Virus record (IMG/VR): IMGVR_UViG_3300048691_000181
Coordinates: 1 to 64,000 of that record
Length of the DNA stretch: 64,000 bases
Reading direction: 5' to 3' (one strand)
Source of the DNA: a virus
The notes under the pieces were generated by a model that was not told where the DNA came from, searched no databases, and saw nothing but the letters and a program-made list of their open reading frames with translations. The position numbers and the translations under genes were made by a program. Below, in pieces: positions 27,331 through 38,211 of this stretch (positions within the stretch are counted from its first letter, which is position 1; every line of letters begins with the position of its first letter).

Positions 27331-28809
27331 ATGATAGTTAAAAATCTGCCAATCATTAAACATTACGCTTCTCATGGTGGTAATTTTATTGATTCTATGT
27401 ATTTGGGTAATGCTTTTGACAATACAGGTAAACCGCATTACTTTAACATGATGACGAAATTATTCTCATCTAAATCACTCTTTTTCTCTTCTAAATTAGT
27501 CTTAGGTGCAACAGGCGGTATGGGTTCTGCTGGTCGTACTGAAATTGACGGTTATATCTACCGTTGGTTCTTACAAGGTTCAGAAGAAAAATTCTGCCGT
27601 TCACTCGAGAACTTAGAGCCTACAAACCTGACTCCAGGTCTTAACAATACCACGTTCAAGATTAAATTAGATGTTGACTATTTTGCTCAACCAGATGTCT
27701 TGATGGGTGAAGACAATGCGTATATGTTAGAAATCGTAGGAGACCCTGTTGTAGATGGTTCTATTGGTGCTATCTATACAGTACGTCTTCAAACAGACAA
27801 TCCTGCTCAATACTATGACCCTGCTTTATTAGAAGTTGGTAAAGAATATTCTAAGGTGTCTACCTCTATCCAACAAGAATTAAACCATGATTATGGTACA
27901 CAACAGTACGGTGGCAAGTTTATGTTGGAAGGTCAAATTGGCTCTTTCGGTCAAAAAGTTCAAATCACAGATGAAGCATGGAGACGTGACGGTATGATGG
28001 GTATGAATTTCCAAGCTGAAGATGCGAATGGAAATTCCCAAACAGTAACGAAGTTTATCCCAATGGCAGAAGCCAAAATGAGGGACGAACAAATGCGTTC
28101 TATCGAAGTAGCGATGATGTATGGTCAAAAGTCTACTCGTCAAATGGAAAATGGCTATACCAAGAAGACTGGTGCTGGCTTACGTGAACAACTACGTGGT
28201 TCATGGCAGCAATACTATAATGGTGCTTTAACAACACAAAGACTTCAAGACTTCTTGTTGAATATTTTCTATACACGTGAAACAGAAGCAAATCGCGCAA
28301 CAACGTTTATGACAGGTACTTATGGTCAGTTAATTTTCCATAAGATGTGTGCTAATGAAGCTAAGTCTTTCTTAACTGTAGATACGAATTATATCAATAA
28401 GATTTCTGGGTCTGGTACATCTACGCCACATTTGGCTTATGGTGCTCAGTTCACACGCTACAATGGTACTGTGGGTATTACAGTTGACTTGGTCTATAAC
28501 CAGATGTACGATGACCGTCGTTATTGCAAGATTTCACATCCAGCATATCCAGGTGTTCCGATTGATTCTTTCCGTATGACTGTTTTAGACTTTGGTAAAT
28601 CTGAAGGCGAAAATAATATTCAGATGTTACAAGCTAAAAATACATTTCACGACTTCACTGTATGTGGTGCTTGGGGACCATCTGGTGCCATCAAGGGCAT
28701 GGTAAATTCAGCTGAAATGTCTTATTCTGTTCATACGTCGGCAACTGCAGGAATTCTCCTGAGAGACCCGAGTAAAGCGGGTGAACTTATTTTTTCTTTG
28801 GCTGAGTAG
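27331..28809 (+). CDS. major capsid protein (crAss-like)
   Basis: 492 aa at the expected position; YRWFLQG, GAGLREQL and SFRMTVLDF segments resemble crAss-like MCPs. Confidence 0.82.
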   Translation: MIVKNLPIIKHYASHGGNFIDSMYLGNAFDNTGKPHYFNMMTKLFSSKSLFFSSKLVLGATGGMGSAGRTEIDGYIYRWFLQGSEEKFCRSLENLEPTNLTPGLNNTTFKIKLDVDYFAQPDVLMGEDNAYMLEIVGDPVVDGSIGAIYTVRLQTDNPAQYYDPALLEVGKEYSKVSTSIQQELNHDYGTQQYGGKFMLEGQIGSFGQKVQITDEAWRRDGMMGMNFQAEDANGNSQTVTKFIPMAEAKMRDEQMRSIEVAMMYGQKSTRQMENGYTKKTGAGLREQLRGSWQQYYNGALTTQRLQDFLLNIFYTRETEANRATTFMTGTYGQLIFHKMCANEAKSFLTVDTNYINKISGSGTSTPHLAYGAQFTRYNGTVGITVDLVYNQMYDDRRYCKISHPAYPGVPIDSFRMTVLDFGKSEGENNIQMLQAKNTFHDFTVCGAWGPSGAIKGMVNSAEMSYSVHTSATAGILLRDPSKAGELIFSLAE

Positions 28810-28989
28810 GGGAATTAGTCAAATTAAATCGCCATTACTATTTACTTTTGCTATTTTATAGTGTTTCTTTGTGCTATCAAAGCAATATTAAAGATACACT
28901 ATAAAATATCAGAAGTAAGAATTTTAAATATGGTAATCAATCCAGACTTAGGAGGTCGAGCCTAAGTAAAATAAACGATAACACAAAAC

Positions 28990-29964
28990 ATGAAAAAAGT
29001 ATTTATCCAGACTATTCCACGCGAGACAGCTCAAGGAATGGAACATTGGGTGATTGGTGCTAATGGCACTAAATCTCAGAAGACTAAGATTGGATTTATG
29101 GTAAACGATACGTTTTGCCCTATGTATTCATCAAAGATAGGTGGATTAGCCACAAACTTAGATAAACCGTGGATTGAGCAAGGTGTTCAAAAGAAAGACC
29201 CTATTACACAAGAACCACTTGTTATGCAGGACTATTACGAACAACGTTTTCGTAAACCCAAGGGATTCCTCCATAACAGGCCAGCAAATATTAGGTCAGC
29301 AGAAATTAACGAAAAAGACATGTCGTACTTCGAGAACTTAACCATCGTACTAAACGATGGTACAACTGTTCTTGATTTAGATAACTTTGATGATTGTATG
29401 AAGTATGAAGTAGCATTGGCAAGTTGGTGGTGCGCTAATTCTGAAAAGGAATGGAAAGGGCACAAATGGCCTAAAGCTCAATACTATATTGCTTTAGAGA
29501 ACGAGTCCGATGAGCTTAAATATCAGAAGAATGCAATTAAGTCTAACGCGATTGCTCAACTTCATAGTTCAGAATTAACCTTATCTTATAAGCGTTCTAT
29601 GATTGTGATTCTGAAGATAGCCAATGCACGAACAACCTTAACAGAAGCTCAAGTTCACAATCTTTTATACGAATATGTAGATGCTTCTACTGGTACAGTC
29701 GGAACCAATATTGATAAGTTTATGGAACTCGTTAACTTGATTAAGACAGTAAAAGGTAGGATTGATTTAGATGCTAAGTTCTTTCTTCAACAGTTACTCG
29801 ACTATCGTGTTATTGCTGAAAAGCAAGGCTCTTATACATGGATGCGTCCTACGGGTGCTATTGTCTTAGGAGAGACTTATACAGAAGCAATTGAGTTCTT
29901 AGTCAATCCAAAGAAACAAGCCCTTATTGAAGACTTACGTGCCCAGTTAAATATGGCTAAGTAA
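28990..29964 (+). CDS. conserved head-module protein
   Basis: Directly follows the MCP, crAss-like synteny. Confidence 0.6.
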   Translation: MKKVFIQTIPRETAQGMEHWVIGANGTKSQKTKIGFMVNDTFCPMYSSKIGGLATNLDKPWIEQGVQKKDPITQEPLVMQDYYEQRFRKPKGFLHNRPANIRSAEINEKDMSYFENLTIVLNDGTTVLDLDNFDDCMKYEVALASWWCANSEKEWKGHKWPKAQYYIALENESDELKYQKNAIKSNAIAQLHSSELTLSYKRSMIVILKIANARTTLTEAQVHNLLYEYVDASTGTVGTNIDKFMELVNLIKTVKGRIDLDAKFFLQQLLDYRVIAEKQGSYTWMRPTGAIVLGETYTEAIEFLVNPKKQALIEDLRAQLNMAK

Positions 29965-30014
29965 GAAACGATAAAGCAAAAAAAATAAAAAAAAATCTCT
30001 AATCAAGAAAAGCT

Positions 30015-30773
30015 ATGACCATCGAAGAATTACATCACGAATTCTATCTACTCTCTAATAAAATAGGCGGTAACGAGCGTCGTAGCTTTTCTGTTTCAGA
30101 GATAGATTGGTTGTTGAATAAAGCTCAAAGGATACTGATAGACCAATATACAGACCAGTTTGAACTTAACCAAAAAAGAATTCACGACTTAGGTTCACTT
30201 CATATTAAGTTCCCGTTACAGCCTGCTATTTCAGCAAGAAACACATTGAATACAATAGCCTCATCAAATGGTAATTATAATGTCTACGAGGTCTATCTTC
30301 CACAATTAGCATTACCTTATTACTCTTGGACTAAAGTATCTTGTGTTATCACTAAGAACTCGTGTAACTATCGAGCATTAGGAAGGTACATAGACAATGA
30401 CGATTTTGACGAAGCCCTTAAATCTTCGTTCGACATATCCGAAGAAGTATTTTTTTTCAATGCGGGCAGAAGTACGAATCATGGATATAACATTCCTTCT
30501 GTTTCAGACAATAAAAAAGTTTCTTTCTATCTTTATACACCTTATCTGATAGCGAACTCGGAAATCTTTATCGAATATATTAAAGAACCTAAACCAATGA
30601 ACTATGGTGGGTATATATATTTGGATAATGTTGTCACGGTACGCCAAGATTGTGAGCTTCCTACTAAGCTCCATAACAAATTAGTAGATATAGCAATAGC
30701 CTTAGCCTTCAACACGATGAACGACTCTGCTTATGCTCTGAAAAAAGATATACTTGGAAGTCTAAGTGAATAG
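30015..30773 (+). CDS. head-tail adaptor/ring protein
   Basis: EIDWLLNKAQ...YIKEP...CELPTKLHNKLVDIAI pattern. Confidence 0.65.
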   Translation: MTIEELHHEFYLLSNKIGGNERRSFSVSEIDWLLNKAQRILIDQYTDQFELNQKRIHDLGSLHIKFPLQPAISARNTLNTIASSNGNYNVYEVYLPQLALPYYSWTKVSCVITKNSCNYRALGRYIDNDDFDEALKSSFDISEEVFFFNAGRSTNHGYNIPSVSDNKKVSFYLYTPYLIANSEIFIEYIKEPKPMNYGGYIYLDNVVTVRQDCELPTKLHNKLVDIAIALAFNTMNDSAYALKKDILGSLSE

Positions 30774-30805
30774 TCTTATTCTTAACGAGAAGGCTGTTTA
30801 TTTTG

Positions 30806-30840
30806 ATTCTAAGCAACGATGTAGTTAAATACAATAGAAT
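30806..30840 (+). promoter_or_regulatory. conserved intergenic element, copy 2
   Basis: ATTCTAAGCAACGAT-N14-TAGAAT. Confidence 0.5.
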
Positions 30841-30910
30841 GCTAAGGCTGATACTTTAGCGCGTTTAAAACAAAGATTTCCTCGAGAAATCAAAAACCAA
30901 AACCAATCTC

Positions 30911-32278
30911 ATGGCAAACAGAGATACAAAAAGGAAAGTAGAATCTTTTGTATTAGGCAAACGTGGCGTAGCCCTTTTGAATACAGTAGCTCCTTTTCTT
31001 ACAACAAATACACACATTAATGGCGCTGCTGGCAATATCGTTTTGGCAGACGGTCAAGTAGGCTTTTTTTCCGATTCAGGCACTATTGTTAACAAGTCGG
31101 TTATCACTCAAGGTGGAACACCTGATACTTCTTTAACAGTACCACAATTGGTTGTTTATCAAGGTACAGACCATTCAGCTAATCCTGGTGATTCAACATA
31201 TATGGCACCGCTTTGGTATCGTCCTTACGAGCGCACATCGGCTGTTGATTCTCGCTACCCTGTAAATGTAACCTTACAACCTTATAAGAAACCAGCTTTC
31301 TCTACTTGGGTAATTAAGAATATTGCAGCTATTTCATCATCTTCTTTCGGTTTGAAGATTGCAATGCGCGGTCGTCACATTCAAGAATTCGCAGGTAATC
31401 AAGAAGCATTAGACTTAATGACGGATTATATCACACCAGTCTATACATCAGCTCAACTCTTGACCACTAACCCTGTTTCAGATATTATCAACAACACGGT
31501 TTACCAGATTCTCCAAAACAGCCAAGCATTGACTATTTCTATGCGTAGTCGTGGCGGTATGTTCCCTATCATTGGTTTAGCAATTGATTCTACGGCTACA
31601 AGTACAGGTACAGTTCTTTCAGCTATCGTTCATGGAACACCAGTTCCAGTTATCGTTTCTGTTGCGGGTCAAACGCGTTCAGTAACGTTTACGCAAGACA
31701 TGATTGATTCTTTATTGGTTGCTACAACGGCAGCTGGTATTCCTAATACAGCGAAGATTAAACCAGTAGACCTATCTAACACTGCTGCTTATCCTTTAGC
31801 AGATGCGATGATTATTATGGGTCTTGACCGTCAACAAGCATTTCTTGATTACGAACCTTTGGTTAAGACAAAATTAGAAGTAGGTTTAAACTATGGCTTT
31901 GCTTATGGTACGACTTATAATAAGCAGTTGTCTTTTGCTCAAGAAGCTCAAGGTTCAGGTGCTCAATATTTCTTGAAATACCGTGTGACTCAAGGTCAAC
32001 GTAAATATAATCATCTTACAATTGAAGTGCCAATCGTAGACTTTCCTAACATCTTTGATAAGACTGAGACATACGATACAATCGTTATTGACCATTCTGT
32101 TTCTAATGTTATCGATGCTTCAGGTGCTCATATCAATTCTCCTTTGAAAGAGTTTATCGTATTCCCTACGGCAGTTAAAGGTGTTGAAGGTGTTTCTACG
32201 GCTTATACAGATACGTTTACGTATATCAACAGGTGGTTAGCTTCAGCAAATATGCCATCTGCTACACAAAACGGATAG
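30911..32278 (+). CDS. virion structural protein (possible auxiliary capsid protein)
   Basis: 455 aa, T/A/V-rich, within the structural module. Confidence 0.6.
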   Translation: MANRDTKRKVESFVLGKRGVALLNTVAPFLTTNTHINGAAGNIVLADGQVGFFSDSGTIVNKSVITQGGTPDTSLTVPQLVVYQGTDHSANPGDSTYMAPLWYRPYERTSAVDSRYPVNVTLQPYKKPAFSTWVIKNIAAISSSSFGLKIAMRGRHIQEFAGNQEALDLMTDYITPVYTSAQLLTTNPVSDIINNTVYQILQNSQALTISMRSRGGMFPIIGLAIDSTATSTGTVLSAIVHGTPVPVIVSVAGQTRSVTFTQDMIDSLLVATTAAGIPNTAKIKPVDLSNTAAYPLADAMIIMGLDRQQAFLDYEPLVKTKLEVGLNYGFAYGTTYNKQLSFAQEAQGSGAQYFLKYRVTQGQRKYNHLTIEVPIVDFPNIFDKTETYDTIVIDHSVSNVIDASGAHINSPLKEFIVFPTAVKGVEGVSTAYTDTFTYINRWLASANMPSATQNG

Positions 32279-32318
32279 GAATAATTCTTCAAATAAGAAC
32301 AAGTTTAACTTAAAACAT

Positions 32319-32358
32319 AAAGGGAATCGAACTGGAGACATATCGATTCCTTTTTTTT
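32319..32358 (+). terminator. intrinsic terminator
   Basis: GGAATCGA/TCGATTCC stem followed by T8. Confidence 0.65.
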
Positions 32359-32374
32359 AAACAAAGAAAACAAA

Positions 32375-33553
32375 ATGGTACAAAAAATATATCTACCTAA
32401 ATCCTTAGGTATTTACAATCCGCCTCGCAAAAGTGGTATCTTTGGTACTGCTATTGATACAGACACCTTAGATGTTGCAGATTGGATTACGCAAGCTGCA
32501 TCAGATGGAACAATTACTATTTCAGGTGTTGGTGCTGTTAGTTCTGTTGCAGGACGTACAGGAGCAGTTACTCTTGCTAAAGTAGACGTTGGGTTAACGA
32601 ATGTGGACGATACATCAGATGCAAACAAGCCAGTCTCTATTGCACAAGCAACAGCTATTGGACTTAAGGCAAATTCAACTGTAACAGACAACTTGACTAC
32701 TTTAAGCGGAGTGGCTGCTAATGCTACCAATCTTGGCACTTTTACGGGTGTTACAATTCCTGATAATGCCACAGTCAAGTCAGCACTGGCTCAACTTGAA
32801 GCACACGGAGAAACGCTTGAATTACTCGTTGCAGCCAAGCAAGATAAGATTCAATATAAACAAGCAGGCACAAACGTTTCTACTCTTGGTGCTTTCGATA
32901 AGATAAATGTTATTGGTGGCACAGCAGTTATAAATGGTGGTGATGCTACTCAATTAGACATCACTATTCCTTCCGTAGGAGCTACTACAAATACTTTAAC
33001 GAGTAATCTTGCTTCAGGTATTGTTTCAACTGTTAATGGTATAGTAGCGACCCTAACTCCTCCAACAGGAACTATTGCGACACAATTAGGTTTCGATGGT
33101 ACGGGTGCTATTGTTAAAGCTCTTCCAGTAGCTTCTGCTCCAATAACAGTCGTCAATAATGGTGCTTCTATTAAGTATTTTGTAGTATCTGGAACACCTG
33201 TTGTAACATTTACTAAAGCCGCTGGAGTAACACAAGTTGTTTCTACTGGTGGATTAATTGAAGTTATCCGTGTTCAAGTAGGTTTTGATACTGCTACGGA
33301 TACAGATGGTGCAAATTCTATTACAGTTCAAGTACCTACAACACAATCTGGCTCTATGATTCAAGTTCCTGTTGCAGAAATCTTCAACACTCAAAATGGC
33401 GCTACACCTTCAGTTACACCGTGGTTATATAAGAATCCAGGTTCTACACCTACACTTTCAGTTTCAGGTGGTACGGCAGGCTCTTTTGTTATTGTTAAAG
33501 CAACTGGAACGAATGTATTGGGTACAACAGCTACACTTGTAATGAACTTTTAA
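32375..33553 (+). CDS. fibre/decoration-like structural protein
   Basis: VSSVAGRTGAVTLAKVDVGLTNVDDTSDANKPVS fibre-type motif. Confidence 0.7.
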   Translation: MVQKIYLPKSLGIYNPPRKSGIFGTAIDTDTLDVADWITQAASDGTITISGVGAVSSVAGRTGAVTLAKVDVGLTNVDDTSDANKPVSIAQATAIGLKANSTVTDNLTTLSGVAANATNLGTFTGVTIPDNATVKSALAQLEAHGETLELLVAAKQDKIQYKQAGTNVSTLGAFDKINVIGGTAVINGGDATQLDITIPSVGATTNTLTSNLASGIVSTVNGIVATLTPPTGTIATQLGFDGTGAIVKALPVASAPITVVNNGASIKYFVVSGTPVVTFTKAAGVTQVVSTGGLIEVIRVQVGFDTATDTDGANSITVQVPTTQSGSMIQVPVAEIFNTQNGATPSVTPWLYKNPGSTPTLSVSGGTAGSFVIVKATGTNVLGTTATLVMNF

Positions 33554-33578
33554 GTTTAATAAAACACAAAGAATAAAA

Positions 33579-34166
33579 ATGAAAAAAATATTATCAATTA
33601 TAGCATTACTTGCTATTACAGTAATGTCTTATGCTCAGAATATTACATTTGCGACTACTTATAATATCATAGGAACTACAAGTTTAGTATCTGGCAATAC
33701 TTATACAGTTATAGGCAATGTAACTGATTTTAATGGGATTTATAATGGTACAAGTGTGGCTGTTGGAGATAGTTTATTTTACATGGAAGATGGAATAATC
33801 TATGCTGGCGCAGTAACTCTTATCAATTCTACCTCTGGCAATCAAGTATCTTTTAGGTTCTTATCAACAGACGCTTTACTTTCTACATCTCCATCAGCAA
33901 CTATGTCTGGGCAAATTATAATATCTCGCAAGAATCCACAAGGTTATTGTGCTGTTCCTGCTGGAACAAACGAAGGACTACGTTGGTCATTAGAGAATAG
34001 ATTTAAGAAGCTACTTGCAAGCGATATTATAAATTCTAAAATATACGGAAGTTTTAAAAATCCCATTAATGCAGCATTATTTACGCCCATTAATGGGATT
34101 TGGGAAACAAGTATAGATAATGAAATGGGTCAAGTCGAAGGCACATTAATACGTAGAAAAAATTAA
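33579..34166 (+). CDS. signal-peptide-bearing protein
   Basis: MKKILSIIALLAITVMSYAQ. Confidence 0.7.
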   Translation: MKKILSIIALLAITVMSYAQNITFATTYNIIGTTSLVSGNTYTVIGNVTDFNGIYNGTSVAVGDSLFYMEDGIIYAGAVTLINSTSGNQVSFRFLSTDALLSTSPSATMSGQIIISRKNPQGYCAVPAGTNEGLRWSLENRFKKLLASDIINSKIYGSFKNPINAALFTPINGIWETSIDNEMGQVEGTLIRRKN

Positions 34167-34189
34167 TTAACAATTTGAGCTTAATAAAA

Positions 34190-34309
34190 ATGAGTACATT
34201 TATTAATGACCATGTTGGTCAATTTATTAGCATAATAGCAATCGTAATTATTGTTGCATTTATAATTTATTTTGTTCGTTATTACGAAAAAGAAAACAAA
34301 GATATTTAA
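34190..34309 (+). CDS. 39-aa single-TM protein
   Basis: MSTFINDHVGQFISIIAIVIIVAFIIYFVRYYEKENKDI; TAATG overlap with the next gene. Confidence 0.55.
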   Translation: MSTFINDHVGQFISIIAIVIIVAFIIYFVRYYEKENKDI

Positions 34310-34743
34310 TGATACAAATTATAATATTATACATAGTCCTATCTATATTAATAGGACTAACTAAAAGTCTTGCAGATACAATTATTTCAGGGTCTTTCGC
34401 AGCTAAGTTTCCACACTTAGCAAATAAATCTAATTCATGGTGGGGTAATACCTCAAGGAAATGGAAGAATGGAGATAAAAGTCAGGGGGAGGCATTTTGG
34501 CTATCATCTTCAATATTAGTTCCGTTTACTGATTTTTGGCATTTCTTAAATCTATTAAATGCTAATTTATATAATGTACTAATGCTACTATCATGTTACT
34601 TATGCTATAAGTATTCATATTTTCCGCAAAATACATATTATATTTATTCGGTTATATTTGTGTTTGGTAGCTATATTTTAGCACGGACTACACATCATAT
34701 AAATTTTACACTTATTTTTAACGCTAAAACAAAACAATATTAA
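34309..34743 (+). CDS. membrane protein, paralog 1
   Basis: KWKNGDKSQGEAFWLSSSILVPFTDFWH, shared with 37786..38211. Confidence 0.7.
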   Translation: MIQIIILYIVLSILIGLTKSLADTIISGSFAAKFPHLANKSNSWWGNTSRKWKNGDKSQGEAFWLSSSILVPFTDFWHFLNLLNANLYNVLMLLSCYLCYKYSYFPQNTYYIYSVIFVFGSYILARTTHHINFTLIFNAKTKQY

Positions 34744-35553
34744 ATGAAAAAAGTACTTATTTTTCTTTTTATAGCTATTAGCTATATTTCAGTAAATGCA
34801 CAAAGTCCTGTGGGTGGTGCAGGCATTTGCCTTACCGCAGGAGACCCTAATACAGGGTCACTCCAAGTAATCAATTCAAAATATTCTTGTCAGATTGTCA
34901 AGGATTCGGTTTCAAACTTATACTATCGCTATGATAATTCACTCGCAAGTGGTAGTAAGTGGGTAGTAATGACTTTAAGTGAAGTTGATGGTAGTATCAC
35001 AAACGAAGGTTTCATAGGTGTTACTGCTGGTTCAGCTACAACATCAATTTTGCAAGGTTATAACTCAGTAGGTACGGCTACTGGTGCAGGTGTAACTGTT
35101 ACAGCAGGAACAGGTTTATCTATTGCAGAAACAACCTCAATAGATGGTGGTGTTATCACATTAACAAATAGCCTACCAGACCAAGTAGTATCTATTACTG
35201 GTGCTGGAATTAGTGTTATTACTGGTACATATCCTAACTTTACCGTTACTTCAACGGAAGTAGATGGTTCTGTAACTAATGAGATTCAAACAATTTCAGC
35301 AACAGCAGCAGCTTCCAACTCAACAACAGTAGCCCTTAACTTAGCAGGTGGTTCATTTGCATTATCAGCAACAGCACCTTTGACTTTAACAGGTGCAGCA
35401 AATTCTCCTATTATCGGATTCGGAACACTTATAGCATATACGGATGATATTGCCGCAGGAACAGGTGGCGTGGCAATTGGAGGATGGTATCAAGCAAGTG
35501 CGGCTAACACAATGGGAGTGAAACAAGGAACGCCTCTAATCAGAGTATATTAA
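34744..35553 (+). CDS. signal-peptide-bearing fibre-like protein
   Basis: Sec signal; EVDGS(I/V)TNE repeats; G/T/A-rich. Confidence 0.7.
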   Translation: MKKVLIFLFIAISYISVNAQSPVGGAGICLTAGDPNTGSLQVINSKYSCQIVKDSVSNLYYRYDNSLASGSKWVVMTLSEVDGSITNEGFIGVTAGSATTSILQGYNSVGTATGAGVTVTAGTGLSIAETTSIDGGVITLTNSLPDQVVSITGAGISVITGTYPNFTVTSTEVDGSVTNEIQTISATAAASNSTTVALNLAGGSFALSATAPLTLTGAANSPIIGFGTLIAYTDDIAAGTGGVAIGGWYQASAANTMGVKQGTPLIRVY

Positions 35554-35611
35554 TTCACATATAAAAATAGGTCATCCTAATTTATTAACTTAATTAGGAT
35601 GACTAAAAATA

Positions 35612-37780
35612 ATGAAAAAAATAATGAAAAAAATAATATTATTTTTGTTGTTGATTATTCCATTTTTAATTTCTGCTCAAATTGTAGGTGGTAGTGGACA
35701 ATGCAAGATAAATGGTAGTCCTAATTCAGTTGCAAATTTACAAGTACTCAATCAGTCTTATAGTTGTTCATCCGCTATTGATACGTTGACGGGTGACGAA
35801 TGGGTGTATAATGTATCGTTAGCACAAGGGTCAAGATGGGAAAATAAAACACTAATGCTTTCTAACAAATGGAAACTTGGTGGCAATACATTAACAGCTA
35901 ATACTGTTTTTGGAACAAATAGTGACCATGATTTAGTATTTATTAGAAATGGTGTACGCGCTGGCTTAGTAAATAGTTCGTTAGCTAATACTTCTTTTGG
36001 TGTAAGTGCTTTACAATCTAACACTACTGGTTATAATAACACAGCTAATGGTCTAAATGCTTTATATTATAACACTACTGGCAATTCTAACACAGCTAAT
36101 GGTCTAAATGCTTTATATTATAACACTACTGGCAATTATAACACAGCTTTTGGTCTAAGTGCTTTACAATCTAACACTACTGGTTATTATAACACAGCTA
36201 ATGGTGTAAGTGCTTTACAATCTAACACTACTGGTTATAATAACACAGCTAATGGTCTAAGTGCTTTACAATCTAACACTACTGGCAATTCTAACACAGC
36301 TAATGGTGTAAGTGCTTTACAATCTAACACTACTGGTTATTATAACACAGCTAATGGTGTAAATGCTTTACAATCTAACACTACTGGTTATAATAACACA
36401 GCTAATGGTGTAAGTGCTTTACAATCTAACACTACTGGCAATTCTAACACAGCTAATGGTGTAAATGCTTTACAATCTAACACTACTGGCAATTCTAACA
36501 CAGCTAATGGTGTAAATGCTTTACATTATGGAAAAACAGGCAGTAACAATACAGTATTACTAAGCAGGGGAGACGGTATAGTTAGAAGTATTATAGCAGA
36601 CAGCTCTATGAATAACTCTTTAGTATTAGGTGCTGGTGAAAACATACGTATTTATTCTGATTCTCTTGCAAACACAGGATTTGGAACTACAACACCTACA
36701 AATAAACTGCACATTGAGGGTACTACTAATCCTATTCGTGCAGTAGGATTAGTAAGTGGTGTAAATACAGACAGTGTTGTAACAGTAGATGCAACAGGCG
36801 TTTTTCGTATGTCTAATTTGCAAGATATTGTAAAACGAAATGTCAATAATATATTTACTGTAAATCAAACTATAAATGGTATTACAGTAGGTAGGTCTGC
36901 TGGAAATACAACAAACTCTTTAGCGATTGGTCAAAATGCTTTAGCGTCTAACACTACGGGAAGTACTAATACGGCTATTGGTACAATATCACTTTTGTCA
37001 AATACTACGGGTTCTAATAATACAGCAGTAGGTTCAGGTTCTTTATATTCAAATGATATTGGTTCTCAGAATGTCGCAGTTGGGCAAAACTCATTATTAA
37101 ATAATAGTATTGGTAATACAAACACATCAATAGGACAAGGCTCATTATACAACAATATAGACGGAAATGGTAACACCGCCATTGGTCAAAATAGTATGGA
37201 CGCGCTTATAAATGGCGATAACAATACAGCTATAGGTAAAAATGCGAACGTACAAGATGCATTAACAAATGCTACGGCAATTGGTTATAATGCCAATGTA
37301 GATTCAGATAATTCACTGGTTTTAGGTAGTAATGTTAATGTTGGTATAGGTACATCATCACCCGTTTATAAATTAGATATTAATGCTATTTCAGGTGGTA
37401 CTGGAAACCCTATTCGTTTATTGGGGTTACAAACAGGCACAATAACAGATAGTATTGTAACATCCGCAAGTGGTGTACTAAAACGCATGTCACTTGCAGA
37501 TTTAAGTGTATCACAAATTATCAAATCTTCTAATACCGTAGTCAACATTCCATCTATTACAGGAATGGGAACAGTAGGGACAGTATCAGTAACAGTAACG
37601 GGTGCTGTTGTGGGTATGCAAGTATCAGCAAGCCCAAGAACAAACGTAATGACATCAGGAGTAAGTGCACCTATTGTTTATGTTAGTGCAGCAGATACAG
37701 TAACATTTAGTTTTAGCGGATTAACTGTAGGTGCTAATGGCAACATTTCTTCAAATTGGGATATAGTAATTCAAAAATAA
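35612..37780 (+). CDS. signal-peptide-bearing adhesin/fibre with beta-roll repeats
   Basis: Sec signal; 17-aa NTANG..AL..NTTG repeats; YadA-like NATAIG segments. Confidence 0.8.
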   Translation: MKKIMKKIILFLLLIIPFLISAQIVGGSGQCKINGSPNSVANLQVLNQSYSCSSAIDTLTGDEWVYNVSLAQGSRWENKTLMLSNKWKLGGNTLTANTVFGTNSDHDLVFIRNGVRAGLVNSSLANTSFGVSALQSNTTGYNNTANGLNALYYNTTGNSNTANGLNALYYNTTGNYNTAFGLSALQSNTTGYYNTANGVSALQSNTTGYNNTANGLSALQSNTTGNSNTANGVSALQSNTTGYYNTANGVNALQSNTTGYNNTANGVSALQSNTTGNSNTANGVNALQSNTTGNSNTANGVNALHYGKTGSNNTVLLSRGDGIVRSIIADSSMNNSLVLGAGENIRIYSDSLANTGFGTTTPTNKLHIEGTTNPIRAVGLVSGVNTDSVVTVDATGVFRMSNLQDIVKRNVNNIFTVNQTINGITVGRSAGNTTNSLAIGQNALASNTTGSTNTAIGTISLLSNTTGSNNTAVGSGSLYSNDIGSQNVAVGQNSLLNNSIGNTNTSIGQGSLYNNIDGNGNTAIGQNSMDALINGDNNTAIGKNANVQDALTNATAIGYNANVDSDNSLVLGSNVNVGIGTSSPVYKLDINAISGGTGNPIRLLGLQTGTITDSIVTSASGVLKRMSLADLSVSQIIKSSNTVVNIPSITGMGTVGTVSVTVTGAVVGMQVSASPRTNVMTSGVSAPIVYVSAADTVTFSFSGLTVGANGNISSNWDIVIQK
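35987..36547 (+). repeat. 51-bp coding tandem repeat, about 11 units
   Basis: Unit aacacagctaatggt(g/c)ta(agt/aat)gcttta(caatct/tattat)aacactactgg(ttat/caat)nnn. Confidence 0.9.
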
Positions 37781-37785
37781 AAGAT

Positions 37786-38211
37786 ATGACAACATTTTAT
37801 ATAATCCTTGCTTTATGTGCAATAGGGCAAGGGTTCTTTAAAGACATTTCAGATGCTTTAATGTCTGGAAAATTTCAAGATGCTTTTGGTGTGAAAAATC
37901 CTAATGGTTTCTTTGGTACAACAAGTTGGACAAGAAAATATAAAAATGGAGACGTGAAGCAAGGAGAAGCCTTTTTGTTCAGTTCTTCTATTTTGGTATT
38001 CCTAACAGATGCTTGGCATTTATCAAATTCTTTTGAGATGTTGTGTAATATGGGGTGTTTAGTATTGGTGTTAAATCTTAACTTTACATTAACTATGTCA
38101 ATTGCAGTAGCATTAGTATATTGGTTTCTAAGAAGTGGTACACATCATGTTATGTTTACTTGGTGTTATGCTATAATTAAACGCATTCGATTAAAAAATA
38201 AAAAGACATAA
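37786..38211 (+). CDS. membrane protein, paralog 2
   Basis: KYKNGDVKQGEAFLFSSSILVFLTDAWH. Confidence 0.7.
   Translation: MTTFYIILALCAIGQGFFKDISDALMSGKFQDAFGVKNPNGFFGTTSWTRKYKNGDVKQGEAFLFSSSILVFLTDAWHLSNSFEMLCNMGCLVLVLNLNFTLTMSIAVALVYWFLRSGTHHVMFTWCYAIIKRIRLKNKKT

Noticed and set aside
35987-36547. CRISPR array
   Set aside because: In-frame coding repeat with no unique spacers and no cas genes
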